DNA of 32,000 nt from an uncultured Erysipelotrichaceae bacterium (GCA_942492995.1 OW818653.1:990001-1022000); one strand, 5' to 3'. Positions 1 through 8,877 are shown, counted from the first letter of the stretch. A program made the numbers and translations. Notes: generated by a model from the letters alone, not told the origin.

Positions 1-782
1 TCCCAAATTACTGTTCTACTTTGACTTGAGATTTGGGTTAATCGTTCATTTGTTTCAATGAGTTGATTTTCTATTGATTTCTGAGTCGTTATTTCATGTG
101 TTGAGATAACATATCGATATTCTTGATCAAATTTAACGTAGAAAACAGATGATTGAAACCATCTTTGTTCATATTCACCTTCTAATTGATAATCGATAAC
201 AGCCCCTAATTCTGATTGTTTAGATTTATTAAACGCAACATAGAACTGTTCAGTCACTTTTTCATTAAAGACATCACTTACATGTTTATTTATAAAATTG
301 TTTTTATCGATAAACTGTTCATAATTCGTATATAGATTCGTAAAAATATAATCTTCATTTAATTCGAGTATGGCATCATTCGTCGTTTTTAATAAGATCG
401 ATTTTTCTACCGATTCAATTACTTCTTTTGTGATATCAGTCATAAACATCGCAATTTTATATTTGTCAGGTGAATATAAATCGATTTTTAAATGTTTGTT
501 TATTATCTTTGAATATAGTTTAAAACTACGATGTGATTGGTTTTTTAACACATCCTTAAAATTCTCTGCCCAATTAACATCAGATTCATCACTTGTAAAT
601 AATTCAGATCGTTTTTTACCAATGATTTCTACATTATCTAATCCAAGAATTGATTTAAACGATTGATTAACGTCGACATACAAAAAATCGACAACATTTT
701 GGTTATTATCTAGAACTGCCTCACAAAAGGCATATCCTACAGGGACTAATTCCAACATTCTTTGATAGAAGCTGGGTTTCAT
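1..782 (-). CDS. PAS-domain sensor protein, N-terminal 260 codons (3' end lies beyond window start; output domain not visible)
   Basis: Absent from the ORF track because there is no stop in the window. Hand translation of the minus strand from ATG 782-780 (AGGAGG = rc of 786-791) is open down to base 1. It reads MKPSFYQRMLELVPVGYAFCEAVLDNNQNVVDFLYVDVNQSFKSILGLDNVEIIGKKRSELF..., a PAS-like N-terminus, then a second PAS-like block ending ...SRTVIWE. Confidence 0.75.
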   Translation of the reverse strand, partial: MKPSFYQRMLELVPVGYAFCEAVLDNNQNVVDFLYVDVNQSFKSILGLDNVEIIGKKRSELFTSDESDVNWAENFKDVLKNQSHRSFKLYSKIINKHLKIDLYSPDKYKIAMFMTDITKEVIESVEKSILLKTTNDAILELNEDYIFTNLYTNYEQFIDKNNFINKHVSDVFNEKVTEQFYVAFNKSKQSELGAVIDYQLEGEYEQRWFQSSVFYVKFDQEYRYVISTHEITTQKSIENQLIETNERLTQISSQSRTVIW

Positions 783-869
783 AAGCCTCCTTTCAAAACA
801 ATAATTAGTTTATTAATATATCTTCATTATAGTGCAAAATACTACAATAGTATGAATTATTATTTCAAT

Positions 870-894
870 AAAAAAGCAAATACTTATATTTGCT
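870..894 (-). terminator. Rho-independent terminator after the GGDEF-EAL gene
   Basis: AGCAAATA cttа-type 4-nt loop TATTTGCT (875-894). A T5 run follows on the minus strand (A-run 870-874). Confidence 0.6.
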
Positions 895-901
895 TAAAAA
901 G

Positions 902-3121
902 TTAATTTTTTATATTTTTATGCAATATTTCAATCACATCATCTCTATCTAATGGATACGATAAGTAATAGCCTTGTCCATAATCACATTGATGTTTTAC
1001 TAAATAATCTAATTGATAACTATTTTCAATCCCTTCCGCGACACATTTAAGTTCATATTTATGCCCGATCGATATAATATCTTGGCTAATTAACTTCTCA
1101 TTTTGATTAATCCCAATACTCTTCACAAAGTATCGATCTATCTTAAGAATATCTAAGAATGCTTCTTTTAATCTGTAGAATGAAGAGAATCCCGTCCCAA
1201 AATCATCCATGGAGATTGATATACCTAATTCTCTTAGATGAAATAGTTTTCGGTTAATCGATTCATAATCTTGCATATAAACAGATTCTGTAATTTCGAG
1301 TTCTAGATGACTTGGATTGATTGAATGTTTCTTAATCATACGTTCAACCATTACCACAAACTCATCCTGCATAACTTGAATGCCTGAGATATTAACGGCG
1401 ATTTTAATTTGATCTAATCCTTCTGTTTCAAGTTGATGAATCATTAAACATGCTTCATTGAGTAAATATTCACCAAGCGGTACAATTAATTGTTTTTTCT
1501 CAGCGATATCAATAAATTCAAGAGGTGAAATTTGACCGTAATGTTTCGTATTAAGACGTGCTAAAGCTTCACATGCGACAATCTTCATTGTCTTGAGATC
1601 ATAAATTGGTTGGTACTGGAAATAAATACGATTGGTATCTCTGGCTTGAATCGAACTCTTAATCTCTAATTCGATTTGATCTTCACGATGAATCTTCTTA
1701 TCCATGTCCGCATCGTATAGTGCATAACTATGTTTTAAGTCCACATTATTCAACGCAATTGACGCATCTTTTAATATATCATCGACGTCTTGCTTGACTT
1801 TTTCTATTTCCACAATACCCATCTTAATTTGTAAATCTGGTTTGAAATCATTGTTCGAGAACATATCATCGATAATCTTCGCAACTGGAATTACTTGGTT
1901 CATACTCGACACATCTTCTACTAATACGATAAAGCGATCCGCATTAAACTTAAATACTTTACAGTTATTCTTTTCAAGAACTTCAAGACTACTCGCCATT
2001 TTTTGGAGTATATAATCCCCTTCTTTATATCCATAACTTATATTGATCCGTTTAAAATTCAAACAATTAACTAATATAAGTGCTTTTACTGATTTTTCTT
2101 TCTTAAGATTCATTTCTAGATAATATTTTAAATAATCTAAATTAGGTAGATTCGTTAATGAATCATAGAACGCTAATTTTATTAATTTATTATTCTTTTG
2201 ATAAGAATTATAAATGACGAATAAAACAATCAAATAGAACGAAAGTATAAGTATAAATCCCAAGAATGTAACATTTTGAATTAATCGATTTGTCGATAAT
2301 AAGCTGTATTGTACACCTAAGAATCCAACATTGACTGAGTTGATATTTACTGGCGCAAACACTTCATAAACTTGACCATTATCTGATGTATAGAGTTCAC
2401 CATTTCTACTTTTAATTAATCGATCTTGAGTAATTGTATGTCCAACATTTGATTTATTCGAACTAGACGTAATCTTATATTTCTTATCGATAATACTAAT
2501 TTCGACAATATTCTCATCTTGTTTTAATTCATCGATAATACTTTGGGTTTCAAACTCAGATATATAATGATACACATCTTGTGCATAGATCCCAACTTGA
2601 ACAAAATAGCCATTTTCAGCTTTTGCATATCCATACTTGTAATAGATTGCGGATTCAGAATCTTGACGAATATCCTCAACTAATACTGTTTGATTTGATT
2701 TTCTAAACAATTCAACTGGATGATTTTCTTCACCCACCCATCCAATGTATTCACCTGTATTTGACGCAATGATTACTCCATCTGGATTATAGTAATATAT
2801 AACTTCGACATTTAATGTATTCGCTAAGTTAATTAAACGTTCTTGGGTAATTTCACCATCGTAATTCACAATCGTTTCTGTTGCGCCTTGTATTTTCTCA
2901 GCCATTAATTCATTAATCTTGGCAAATGCGGCACTCGATTTAGATAGAGTATTCGACGTAGAACGTGCAAGTTTATGCGATTCATCTTGCATAATATTTG
3001 TATAATAATCATTGATGCGATTTGACATGTATACACCAAGCACAATAAAAAACACCGATATGACAATCGTTGGGATTAAGAATATATTGATATCAATTGC
3101 TTTAACTTTATTGTATTTCAA
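902..3121 (-). CDS. Membrane sensor with Cache-like extracytoplasmic domain, degenerate GGDEF domain and EAL c-di-GMP phosphodiesterase domain
   Basis: ORF track gives 902..3133 (GTG). A TTG at 3121 sits 6 nt behind GGAG and is the more likely start. Layout is TM helix (IFLIPTIVISVFFIVLGVYM), about 260 aa outside, a second TM, then a GGDEF-fold domain whose signature reads NADRF. The EAL domain carries EALAR, ELEITES, DDFGTGFSS, KIDR, AEGIE and QGY. Confidence 0.9.
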   Translation of the reverse strand: MKYNKVKAIDINIFLIPTIVISVFFIVLGVYMSNRINDYYTNIMQDESHKLARSTSNTLSKSSAAFAKINELMAEKIQGATETIVNYDGEITQERLINLANTLNVEVIYYYNPDGVIIASNTGEYIGWVGEENHPVELFRKSNQTVLVEDIRQDSESAIYYKYGYAKAENGYFVQVGIYAQDVYHYISEFETQSIIDELKQDENIVEISIIDKKYKITSSSNKSNVGHTITQDRLIKSRNGELYTSDNGQVYEVFAPVNINSVNVGFLGVQYSLLSTNRLIQNVTFLGFILILSFYLIVLFVIYNSYQKNNKLIKLAFYDSLTNLPNLDYLKYYLEMNLKKEKSVKALILVNCLNFKRINISYGYKEGDYILQKMASSLEVLEKNNCKVFKFNADRFIVLVEDVSSMNQVIPVAKIIDDMFSNNDFKPDLQIKMGIVEIEKVKQDVDDILKDASIALNNVDLKHSYALYDADMDKKIHREDQIELEIKSSIQARDTNRIYFQYQPIYDLKTMKIVACEALARLNTKHYGQISPLEFIDIAEKKQLIVPLGEYLLNEACLMIHQLETEGLDQIKIAVNISGIQVMQDEFVVMVERMIKKHSINPSHLELEITESVYMQDYESINRKLFHLRELGISISMDDFGTGFSSFYRLKEAFLDILKIDRYFVKSIGINQNEKLISQDIISIGHKYELKCVAEGIENSYQLDYLVKHQCDYGQGYYLSYPLDRDDVIEILHKNIKN

Positions 3122-3195
3122 TTTACACTCCACAACTTATCCCATTATGACAAATCACACGAATAAATAAAAGATAATTCATGCAAGTTGCTGAA

Positions 3196-3546
3196 TTATC
3201 CTTCTAATTCACCGAGATTTTCTTTTAGTCGATATAAAACAATTTTCTTGATCAGTTCCACAGGTAACTCTTTATCATATGGAAATTGGATTGCGCCTTT
3301 TGAATGTTTATATCCATTGAGTTCTGATTCGAATACTTCAACACCAGAAGAACCTGGATAAAAACCTAAGTGATTCTTGAAGTCCGCAAAATGTACTAGA
3401 TTCCCTTTAACTTTAAGGGTTGGCATTCTCCAACTTAATGATTCTTCTGCCATCGGTACAAGTCCTTTAATTAATTGATACATTTCATTTAAGCGTTTTT
3501 GATGATTAACATCCGCATTGTTTATATACTCTTGAATTAATGTCAT
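3196..3546 (-). CDS. DUF1801 (YdhG-like) domain protein
   Basis: 116 aa with SD GAGGTG before the ATG. The N-terminal helix, the SWRMP...LVHFA core and the C-terminal LYRLKE resemble the YdhG/DUF1801 family. Confidence 0.75.
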   Translation of the reverse strand: MTLIQEYINNADVNHQKRLNEMYQLIKGLVPMAEESLSWRMPTLKVKGNLVHFADFKNHLGFYPGSSGVEVFESELNGYKHSKGAIQFPYDKELPVELIKKIVLYRLKENLGELEG

Positions 3547-3698
3547 ATTACACCTCTTATTTCGAGTATATCATAAGATAAATTAGACTAGATAAATAAT
3601 AATCTCGATTTCGTACTATTTTTGATAGCGCTTACTGTACACCTTATTAGTTTGATGTATAATTTAATTACACTCTATAAATAACCTAGGAGGCTATT

Positions 3699-4658
3699 TT
3701 GAAACACTCTCTTCCCAAGAATCTTTTCCTTCAAGATGAACTCGTGACTCAAACCATCATGAATAACTCTGAGGACACCATTTATTTTAAAAACTTAGAA
3801 TCTAAATTTATACTTAACAGTAAAGCACATGCGAATCAATTTCATGAAAAAGATGTTCGTGATATGGTGGGGAAAGATGATTTCGATTATTTTCCTGCAG
3901 AATTTGCACAAGCCGCATTAGATGATGAAATGACAATCATAAAAACTGGAAGGCCAATATTAGGAAGAATTGAGAAATGGAATAAGCCGGATGGTGATGT
4001 AGTTTGGTTTCAAGCATATAAATATCCTCTTTATGATAAAGAAGGAAAAATAATAGGAACTTGGGGCACATCGCGTAATATAACGCCATTAAAAAGAGCT
4101 GAAGAAGAATTACAACGCTTAAATCGTGAATTACAGGAGGCGAATCAACGTTTAGAGATATTATCTACACGTGATAGTCTTTCTGGATTATATAATCATC
4201 GTCATTTCTTTGATAGTTTGAATGTACAAAAAAATATTGAGAATAGACAGAAGGAACATGGTTTAGCTTCTGAGTTCTCAATACTCTTGTTAGATATCGA
4301 TAATTTTAAATTTGTTAATGATACGTATGGGCATTTAGTCGGTGACTATGTTATTAAGACATTATCAGAAGTAATAACGAATTCAACACGTTTAATCGAT
4401 ACATGTTATCGCATTGGTGGTGATGAATTTGCGATTATCTTAATTAATACGGATGTTGAAACAGCACGTAAAGTTGGAGATAAGTTACGGAGTTTAGTTC
4501 AAGCATATGCATTTAACATCAATGACTTAAACTTGAATATTACATTAAGTCTTGGAGCTGCCGCTAGCAGTGAAGCTGAAACAACGAAAGAACTCGTAAC
4601 ACTTGCGGATAGTCGATTGTACTATTCTAAAGAACATGGTCGTAATCAAATAAATTAA
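3699..4658 (+). CDS. PAS-GGDEF diguanylate cyclase
   Basis: TTG start 5 nt after AGGAGG (3688-3693). A PAS block is followed by a coiled coil (EEELQRLNRELQEANQRLE). The GGDEF domain has an intact RIGGDEF and an I-site RLID five residues upstream. Confidence 0.9.
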   Translation: MKHSLPKNLFLQDELVTQTIMNNSEDTIYFKNLESKFILNSKAHANQFHEKDVRDMVGKDDFDYFPAEFAQAALDDEMTIIKTGRPILGRIEKWNKPDGDVVWFQAYKYPLYDKEGKIIGTWGTSRNITPLKRAEEELQRLNRELQEANQRLEILSTRDSLSGLYNHRHFFDSLNVQKNIENRQKEHGLASEFSILLLDIDNFKFVNDTYGHLVGDYVIKTLSEVITNSTRLIDTCYRIGGDEFAIILINTDVETARKVGDKLRSLVQAYAFNINDLNLNITLSLGAAASSEAETTKELVTLADSRLYYSKEHGRNQIN

Positions 4659-4681
4659 CTTCAGAAATGAAGTTTTTTTTA
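4658..4681 (+). terminator. Rho-independent terminator after the plus-strand diguanylate cyclase
   Basis: ACTTCA gaaa TGAAGT followed by T8. It overlaps the stop of the convergent HhH gene. Confidence 0.7.
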
Positions 4682-4870
4682 GGCGTTTTTATATCCTAGG
4701 TTAAGTTTAACTAATTCTTCTTCGATTAATCGGATTGCCTTAGGACCTACTCCATGTAGATCTAATAATTCTTTTTTAGTATATTCTACACATTGTTCAA
4801 CTGTTTCGATTTGTTTAAGCAATAATGCTCTACGTGCAGGTTCACCGATTTTTAACTCAGTTAGTTTCAT
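4679..4870 (-). CDS. Small helix-hairpin-helix protein (RNA polymerase alpha C-terminal-domain-like fold)
   Basis: 63 aa with SD GGGGAG 6 nt before the ATG. It has an LHGVGPKAI HhH motif. Its start overlaps the barstar 3' end by 14 nt. Confidence 0.65.
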   Translation of the reverse strand: MKLTELKIGEPARRALLLKQIETVEQCVEYTKKELLDLHGVGPKAIRLIEEELVKLNLGYKNA

Positions 4871-5153
4871 TTTTTCTCCCCTTTGTATGTATATATAAAT
4901 CGATTGATTTCTTCTTATTTAAATCATTAAATAGCTGTATAAAGGCTGTACTATAATCACCCAATGTATTAATCAAATTATCTGTATGTATGATAGTTAT
5001 TTTCTTTATTGAGTTATCAGTGCTCAAACAATCCCATAGTGCATCTAAATTTCGTCCATAATAATCTGGTAATTTAAATACTTGAATTAGATATTCATGA
5101 AGTTGTTTGCGATCGATTACTTTTTTACCGTTTATTAAATAGCTCTTTTTCAT
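4857..5153 (-). CDS. Barstar-family ribonuclease inhibitor
   Basis: LPDYYGRNLDALWDCL matches the barstar core YYGENLDALWDCL, including both Asp residues. The start is set at the internal MKKSYLING (ATG 5153), 1 nt after the barnase TGA and behind AAGGGA. The track ORF (to 5222) is an upstream extension. Confidence 0.9.
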   Translation of the reverse strand: MKKSYLINGKKVIDRKQLHEYLIQVFKLPDYYGRNLDALWDCLSTDNSIKKITIIHTDNLINTLGDYSTAFIQLFNDLNKKKSIDLYIHTKGRKNETN

Positions 5154-5154
5154 T

Positions 5155-5613
5155 TCATTTCCCTTCATACAATAATACAAAAGATTCATAATGATCCTCT
5201 GTATAATAGATGAATCCATCATTTGAGTATACTAATCGTTTTGCGTTTCGATAACCACCTTCATAATCTATATCACATTCATAATAGATACGATCTTTAT
5301 CATCTGGTAATAATCCTTCTCGATTATAGAAACGATCTCCTCCAATTGATTTCTTATTACTAACGTCCCATAGATTGCCTTTATTACTATCCCATCCGAT
5401 AGCCTCTGCTTCATCTTTTGTAATATAGTTATTGGGTAAATGAGCGTAAGTATGCAAGTATAAGGAAACATCTGATTTGCTCGTATAATAGCCTGATTCT
5501 TCAATCATCAAGTCATCAACTTTGTCTTCTACTGGAATAAATTTTTGACATGCAAAAATACTCGTTAGTAGAACAAATATGATTAAGAGTCTATTGATTA
5601 CCTTTTTTTGCAT
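5155..5613 (-). CDS. Barnase-family guanyl-specific ribonuclease with signal or lipoprotein-type leader
   Basis: Collinear with barnase: YLHTYAHLPNNYITKDEAEAIGW..KGNL.DV...KSIGGD.F.NREG.LP...YYECDIDY..GYRNAKRLVYS.D..IYYTEDHYESF. All catalytic positions are kept (Lys27, Glu73, Arg83, Arg87, His102 equivalents). The start is set at MQKKVINRLLIIFVLLTSIFAC, a signal peptide ending in a lipobox-like IFAC. Confidence 0.9.
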   Translation of the reverse strand: MQKKVINRLLIIFVLLTSIFACQKFIPVEDKVDDLMIEESGYYTSKSDVSLYLHTYAHLPNNYITKDEAEAIGWDSNKGNLWDVSNKKSIGGDRFYNREGLLPDDKDRIYYECDIDYEGGYRNAKRLVYSNDGFIYYTEDHYESFVLLYEGK

Positions 5614-5614
5614 A

Positions 5615-6337
5615 TCACAAAAGATGTCTTCCACCATCCACAATTAACGAAACACCTGTTATATAACTTGCATCATCAGATGTTAAGTAAATAACACTTT
5701 TCGCGATATCTGAAGCACTCGCGATTCTCTTAAGAGGAATTCTAAGCAATACTTTTTCTTCCACATCTTTATCACTGAAATCTTGGTTCATCGGCGTATA
5801 TACCGCTCCAGGTTCAATCGCATTGACACGAATATGTGGCGCTAGTGCTAATGCGAATTCTTCAGTCATACGTTTAATCGCAGCTTTCGACGCATCATAA
5901 CTAAACTTATTTAAGCGAACTTGAGATGAATATAAACTCGACATATTAATAATCGATCCAGTTTGCATATATTTAACCACTTCTTTTATACAATAGAATG
6001 TACCATTAAGATTCGTTTGAATAACTCTATCCCAATCACTAACATCAATAGAATCAAACTCTGAAACGATCTGTATGCCCGCATTATTGATAAGTATATC
6101 GATATGACTAACAACCTTACTCACTTTAAAAAAGAATTCTGACACTGAATTATAATTAGAAATGTCACATGGGAAATAATATAACTTACCTAAGGTCATT
6201 AATTCGCTTAAACACAATGCGCTTGCTTTTTCATCTAAATCACAAAAAATAACAGTATCGTTTTGACGTAGAAAAGCTTCTACACATGCTTTACCAATGC
6301 CTTTAGAACCACCCGTAATGATTACATTTCGATTCAT
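5615..6337 (-). CDS. Short-chain dehydrogenase/reductase (classical SDR)
   Basis: TGGSKGIGKA cofactor motif, NNAG, and a Ser...YDASK catalytic triad. SD AGAGGT precedes the start. Confidence 0.9.
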   Translation of the reverse strand: MNRNVIITGGSKGIGKACVEAFLRQNDTVIFCDLDEKASALCLSELMTLGKLYYFPCDISNYNSVSEFFFKVSKVVSHIDILINNAGIQIVSEFDSIDVSDWDRVIQTNLNGTFYCIKEVVKYMQTGSIINMSSLYSSQVRLNKFSYDASKAAIKRMTEEFALALAPHIRVNAIEPGAVYTPMNQDFSDKDVEEKVLLRIPLKRIASASDIAKSVIYLTSDDASYITGVSLIVDGGRHLL

Positions 6338-6363
6338 ATCTACCTCTTTTTTTAATTATATCA

Positions 6364-6936
6364 TCAAAATTTTATATTTTTGTTTTCGATTAATTCTGTC
6401 AGTAAAAGTTGAACGTGATAAGGGATATTTAATTTCCTTAGTTTAATAAAACGTGAGGTATTAAATGGATTATCGTTAAAGTAATCATGAATCTTTTGAA
6501 TTGTTTCATATCGATTGGACATCAAATGATAAAATACATACCAATCTTCAATGTAGCATAATGGTAAGCTAATCGAATCTATAAGTATTACCTTATCGAT
6601 ATCTTCGTTTTTAAACTGATAATCAAAAAATCCAGTCTTGTGTACAATCCCCATTCCAGACATAAGATCTATTTCTATACCATCACAATTATATCGTTTA
6701 AAACACGCTGTTTTAAATATCTTAGATTCTTCAACACTAATCTCGTTACCAAGATTATTTAATTTCATACACGCTAATTCAAAATCATTCTGATCAACCA
6801 TAAGATCAATATCATGTACATTCATATCAAAATCTCTTAGTTTTAACATCATTGATGCGCCAACTGCCCATGTTATATTGGATTGATTTAATACTGTCGC
6901 AATTTTAAGTAATATACTTTGGTGATTATGATCCAT
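6364..6936 (-). CDS. Nucleotidyltransferase-fold protein (ANT/Lnu-like architecture, substrate unknown)
   Basis: 190 aa with SD AAGGGG. The N-terminal WAVGAS...HDIDLMV pattern resembles the G[SA] plus DxD signature of polymerase-beta-type nucleotidyltransferases. I recognise no close family. Confidence 0.5.
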   Translation of the reverse strand: MDHNHQSILLKIATVLNQSNITWAVGASMMLKLRDFDMNVHDIDLMVDQNDFELACMKLNNLGNEISVEESKIFKTACFKRYNCDGIEIDLMSGMGIVHKTGFFDYQFKNEDIDKVILIDSISLPLCYIEDWYVFYHLMSNRYETIQKIHDYFNDNPFNTSRFIKLRKLNIPYHVQLLLTELIENKNIKF

Positions 6937-6952
6937 ACATACCCCTTCTTAT

Positions 6953-6975
6953 AAAAACTTCTCAATGAGAAGTTT
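6953..6975 (-). terminator. Weak hairpin plus T-run overlapping the stop of the 6974-7879 cyclase
   Basis: The minus strand reads AAACTTCTC att GAGAAGTTT TT. It is AT-rich, so probably leaky. Confidence 0.4.
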
Positions 6976-7879
6976 AGTCTGACACATAAACAGAATTCCG
7001 ATATCGTTTCGCTTGATACATTAAATGATCGACATCTGATACAAACTTATTCATATCGATATTTCGTATCAACTCTGGTTTTATAATTTTTAATCCAATA
7101 CTAATTGTTAAATGGATTGTTTGTGATTCAAAGTGGAACGCTTCAAGTTCGATTCTACTTCTTAAACGTTCACCAATAATGCGTGCATTTTCATCATTTA
7201 GATTAGGTAAACATAGAATAAATTCATCCCCACCAAATCTTCCAATAATATCATATGGTCTTAAGCATTCTTTAAGAATACTAACCATGTGTTGAAGGAT
7301 AGCATCACCGATAATATGTCCATATTGATCATTTACTTCTTTAAAGTAATCAATATCAATTAATGCGATACCACAACTCGTACCTTCACGTTCACTCCGA
7401 GTTAATTCAACTTGGAATACATCCATAAACCCTCTTCGATTTAGTGCATCTGTAAGATAATCGTGGTTTGCCAAATATAAGGTGTCTTCATGTAATTTAT
7501 CAATTACAATTTGACTGTGTTTCTCATGTGAAATATCTTTAATAATCATAACAGACCAAAGCTCATCATTATCATCATGAAATAGTTTCGATGTTACATA
7601 GACTGGAAATATCGCACCACTTTTACGTACAAAGTTAAGTTCTACTCTTGCCTCACCTTTTTCGTCACGTTCTTTTAATGCATCACATACCCTTGGATCA
7701 TTAATATCTACAATTCCATAACGACCTAATTTACAAATCTCATTTTCTGTTCGGTCAAACATTAAACAAGCCGCATTATTAGCTCGTACAATTGAACCAT
7801 TTGGACGCGTAAGTAATATCGCATCTAAACTATTCTCAAACGCAAATCGATAATATTTATCTGGTATTGAATTATGCAA
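6974..7879 (-). CDS. PAS-GGDEF diguanylate cyclase
   Basis: PAS block (FENSLDAILLTRPNGSIVRANNAA). The GGDEF domain has RFGGDEF and an I-site RPYD. The track start at 7906 (TTG) has no SD, while TTG at 7879 follows GGGGGTGA by 5 nt. Confidence 0.9.
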   Translation of the reverse strand: MHNSIPDKYYRFAFENSLDAILLTRPNGSIVRANNAACLMFDRTENEICKLGRYGIVDINDPRVCDALKERDEKGEARVELNFVRKSGAIFPVYVTSKLFHDDNDELWSVMIIKDISHEKHSQIVIDKLHEDTLYLANHDYLTDALNRRGFMDVFQVELTRSEREGTSCGIALIDIDYFKEVNDQYGHIIGDAILQHMVSILKECLRPYDIIGRFGGDEFILCLPNLNDENARIIGERLRSRIELEAFHFESQTIHLTISIGLKIIKPELIRNIDMNKFVSDVDHLMYQAKRYRNSVYVSD

Positions 7880-7932
7880 ATTTTCACCCCCCGGTTTTGT
7901 TTGCAAATTATTGTGTGTTTAAATTGTAACAT

Positions 7933-7958
7933 AAAAAGCTTGTCCAATTGAACAAGCT
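7933..7958 (-). terminator. Rho-independent terminator after the AraC-family gene
   Basis: The minus strand reads AGCTTGT tcaattgg ACAAGCT followed by T5. Confidence 0.6.
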
Positions 7959-8001
7959 AGCTAAATTTTAGAACATTTTCACATAATCTTGTATTTAAAC
8001 A

Positions 8002-8877
8002 CTATCCGTTTAGTTTTACAGGAATCCAAATTTCACTATGATAATCTAATTTTGATGTATCAATTCCTTCATTCCAAACGATTTCAGGACCATTTATACA
8101 TTCATATGGTGTACTCGGTAACCATTCTGAATAGATACGTCCCCAGATATTTTGAAGTGTTTCTGGATATGGTCCTCTTACTTCAAATACTGCCCATGTA
8201 CATTTCTCGACATTAAGAACCGTAAAATCTTCTAACGTTGAAACATAGGTGTGTACACCAATTAAATGTGTTAATTCACCCTTTTCTGACATACGATTCG
8301 ATGAGAAATCATACGATGCACTTACGATACCTTTTGGTTCACAATCGTTAATCGATTTTAGTGCTTTAATTTTATGTTCATTTAAGCTCATCGCCAATTC
8401 TACAATTGCTGGATTTACTCCATGAAATACAATTGGGACTCTTTTTGATACTCCTATTAAATTAAATGCTTCTTTTTCTACAATTCTCACATTCATTGCG
8501 TTTATTCCTTTCACAGTTAATTGAAACGATAATATTGGATAAACACTTAACTTTAGTTTGTCTTTACGTAACTTACTTGGTGTGATTCCATGACATGACA
8601 CAAATGCACGTGTGAAACTATCATTGGATTGATACCCATATTTCAATGCAATATCAAGAATTCGATCACTTGTTTGTACACAATCAAGTGCCGCAAGAGA
8701 TAGTCTACGTCGTTTGATGTATTCATGAATACTCATTCCAGCTAGATACGAAAACATTCGTTGAAAATGATACGAAGAACATCCTGCGATGCGATCAACT
8801 TTCGCAAAATCAATTTCTTCAAGTAAGTTTTGTTCAATAAACGATAACGCATCATTTAAGTTCTTAAGGTTTTCCAT
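8002..8877 (-). CDS. AraC-family transcriptional regulator with GyrI-like effector-binding domain
   Basis: The N-terminal AraC HTH pair (SSYHFQRMF...SNDSFTRAF) is followed by a GyrI-like C-terminal half. ATG 8877 follows GAGGA by 5 nt. Confidence 0.9.
   Translation of the reverse strand: MENLKNLNDALSFIEQNLLEEIDFAKVDRIAGCSSYHFQRMFSYLAGMSIHEYIKRRRLSLAALDCVQTSDRILDIALKYGYQSNDSFTRAFVSCHGITPSKLRKDKLKLSVYPILSFQLTVKGINAMNVRIVEKEAFNLIGVSKRVPIVFHGVNPAIVELAMSLNEHKIKALKSINDCEPKGIVSASYDFSSNRMSEKGELTHLIGVHTYVSTLEDFTVLNVEKCTWAVFEVRGPYPETLQNIWGRIYSEWLPSTPYECINGPEIVWNEGIDTSKLDYHSEIWIPVKLNG

Noticed and set aside
370-666. 98-aa plus-strand ORF
   Set aside because: It lies entirely antisense to the open PAS-sensor frame (1-782). 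It has no SD and a low-complexity, Ile/Phe/Ser-rich product typical of AT-rich antisense frames.
1794-2015. 73-aa plus-strand ORF
   Set aside because: It is antisense inside the GGDEF-EAL gene, which has clear domain motifs.
5268-5504. 78-aa minus-strand ORF
   Set aside because: It is an alternative frame inside the barnase gene, and the barnase frame carries all catalytic motifs.
4857-5643. Longer N-termini given by the ORF track for barstar (to 5222) and barnase (to 5643)
   Set aside because: The extensions overlap the upstream genes. The internal ATGs give a canonical barstar N-terminus (MKK..ING) and a canonical signal peptide (MQKK...), each 1 nt after the preceding stop.
6364-6936. 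Reading the nucleotidyltransferase as an MNT antitoxin of an MNT-HEPN pair
   Set aside because: There is no HEPN-like (Rx4-6H) partner next to it. The adjacent genes are an SDR and a cyclase, and 190 aa is larger than typical MNT antitoxins.
7989-8216. 75-aa plus-strand ORF
   Set aside because: It is antisense to the GyrI-like half of the AraC-family gene.
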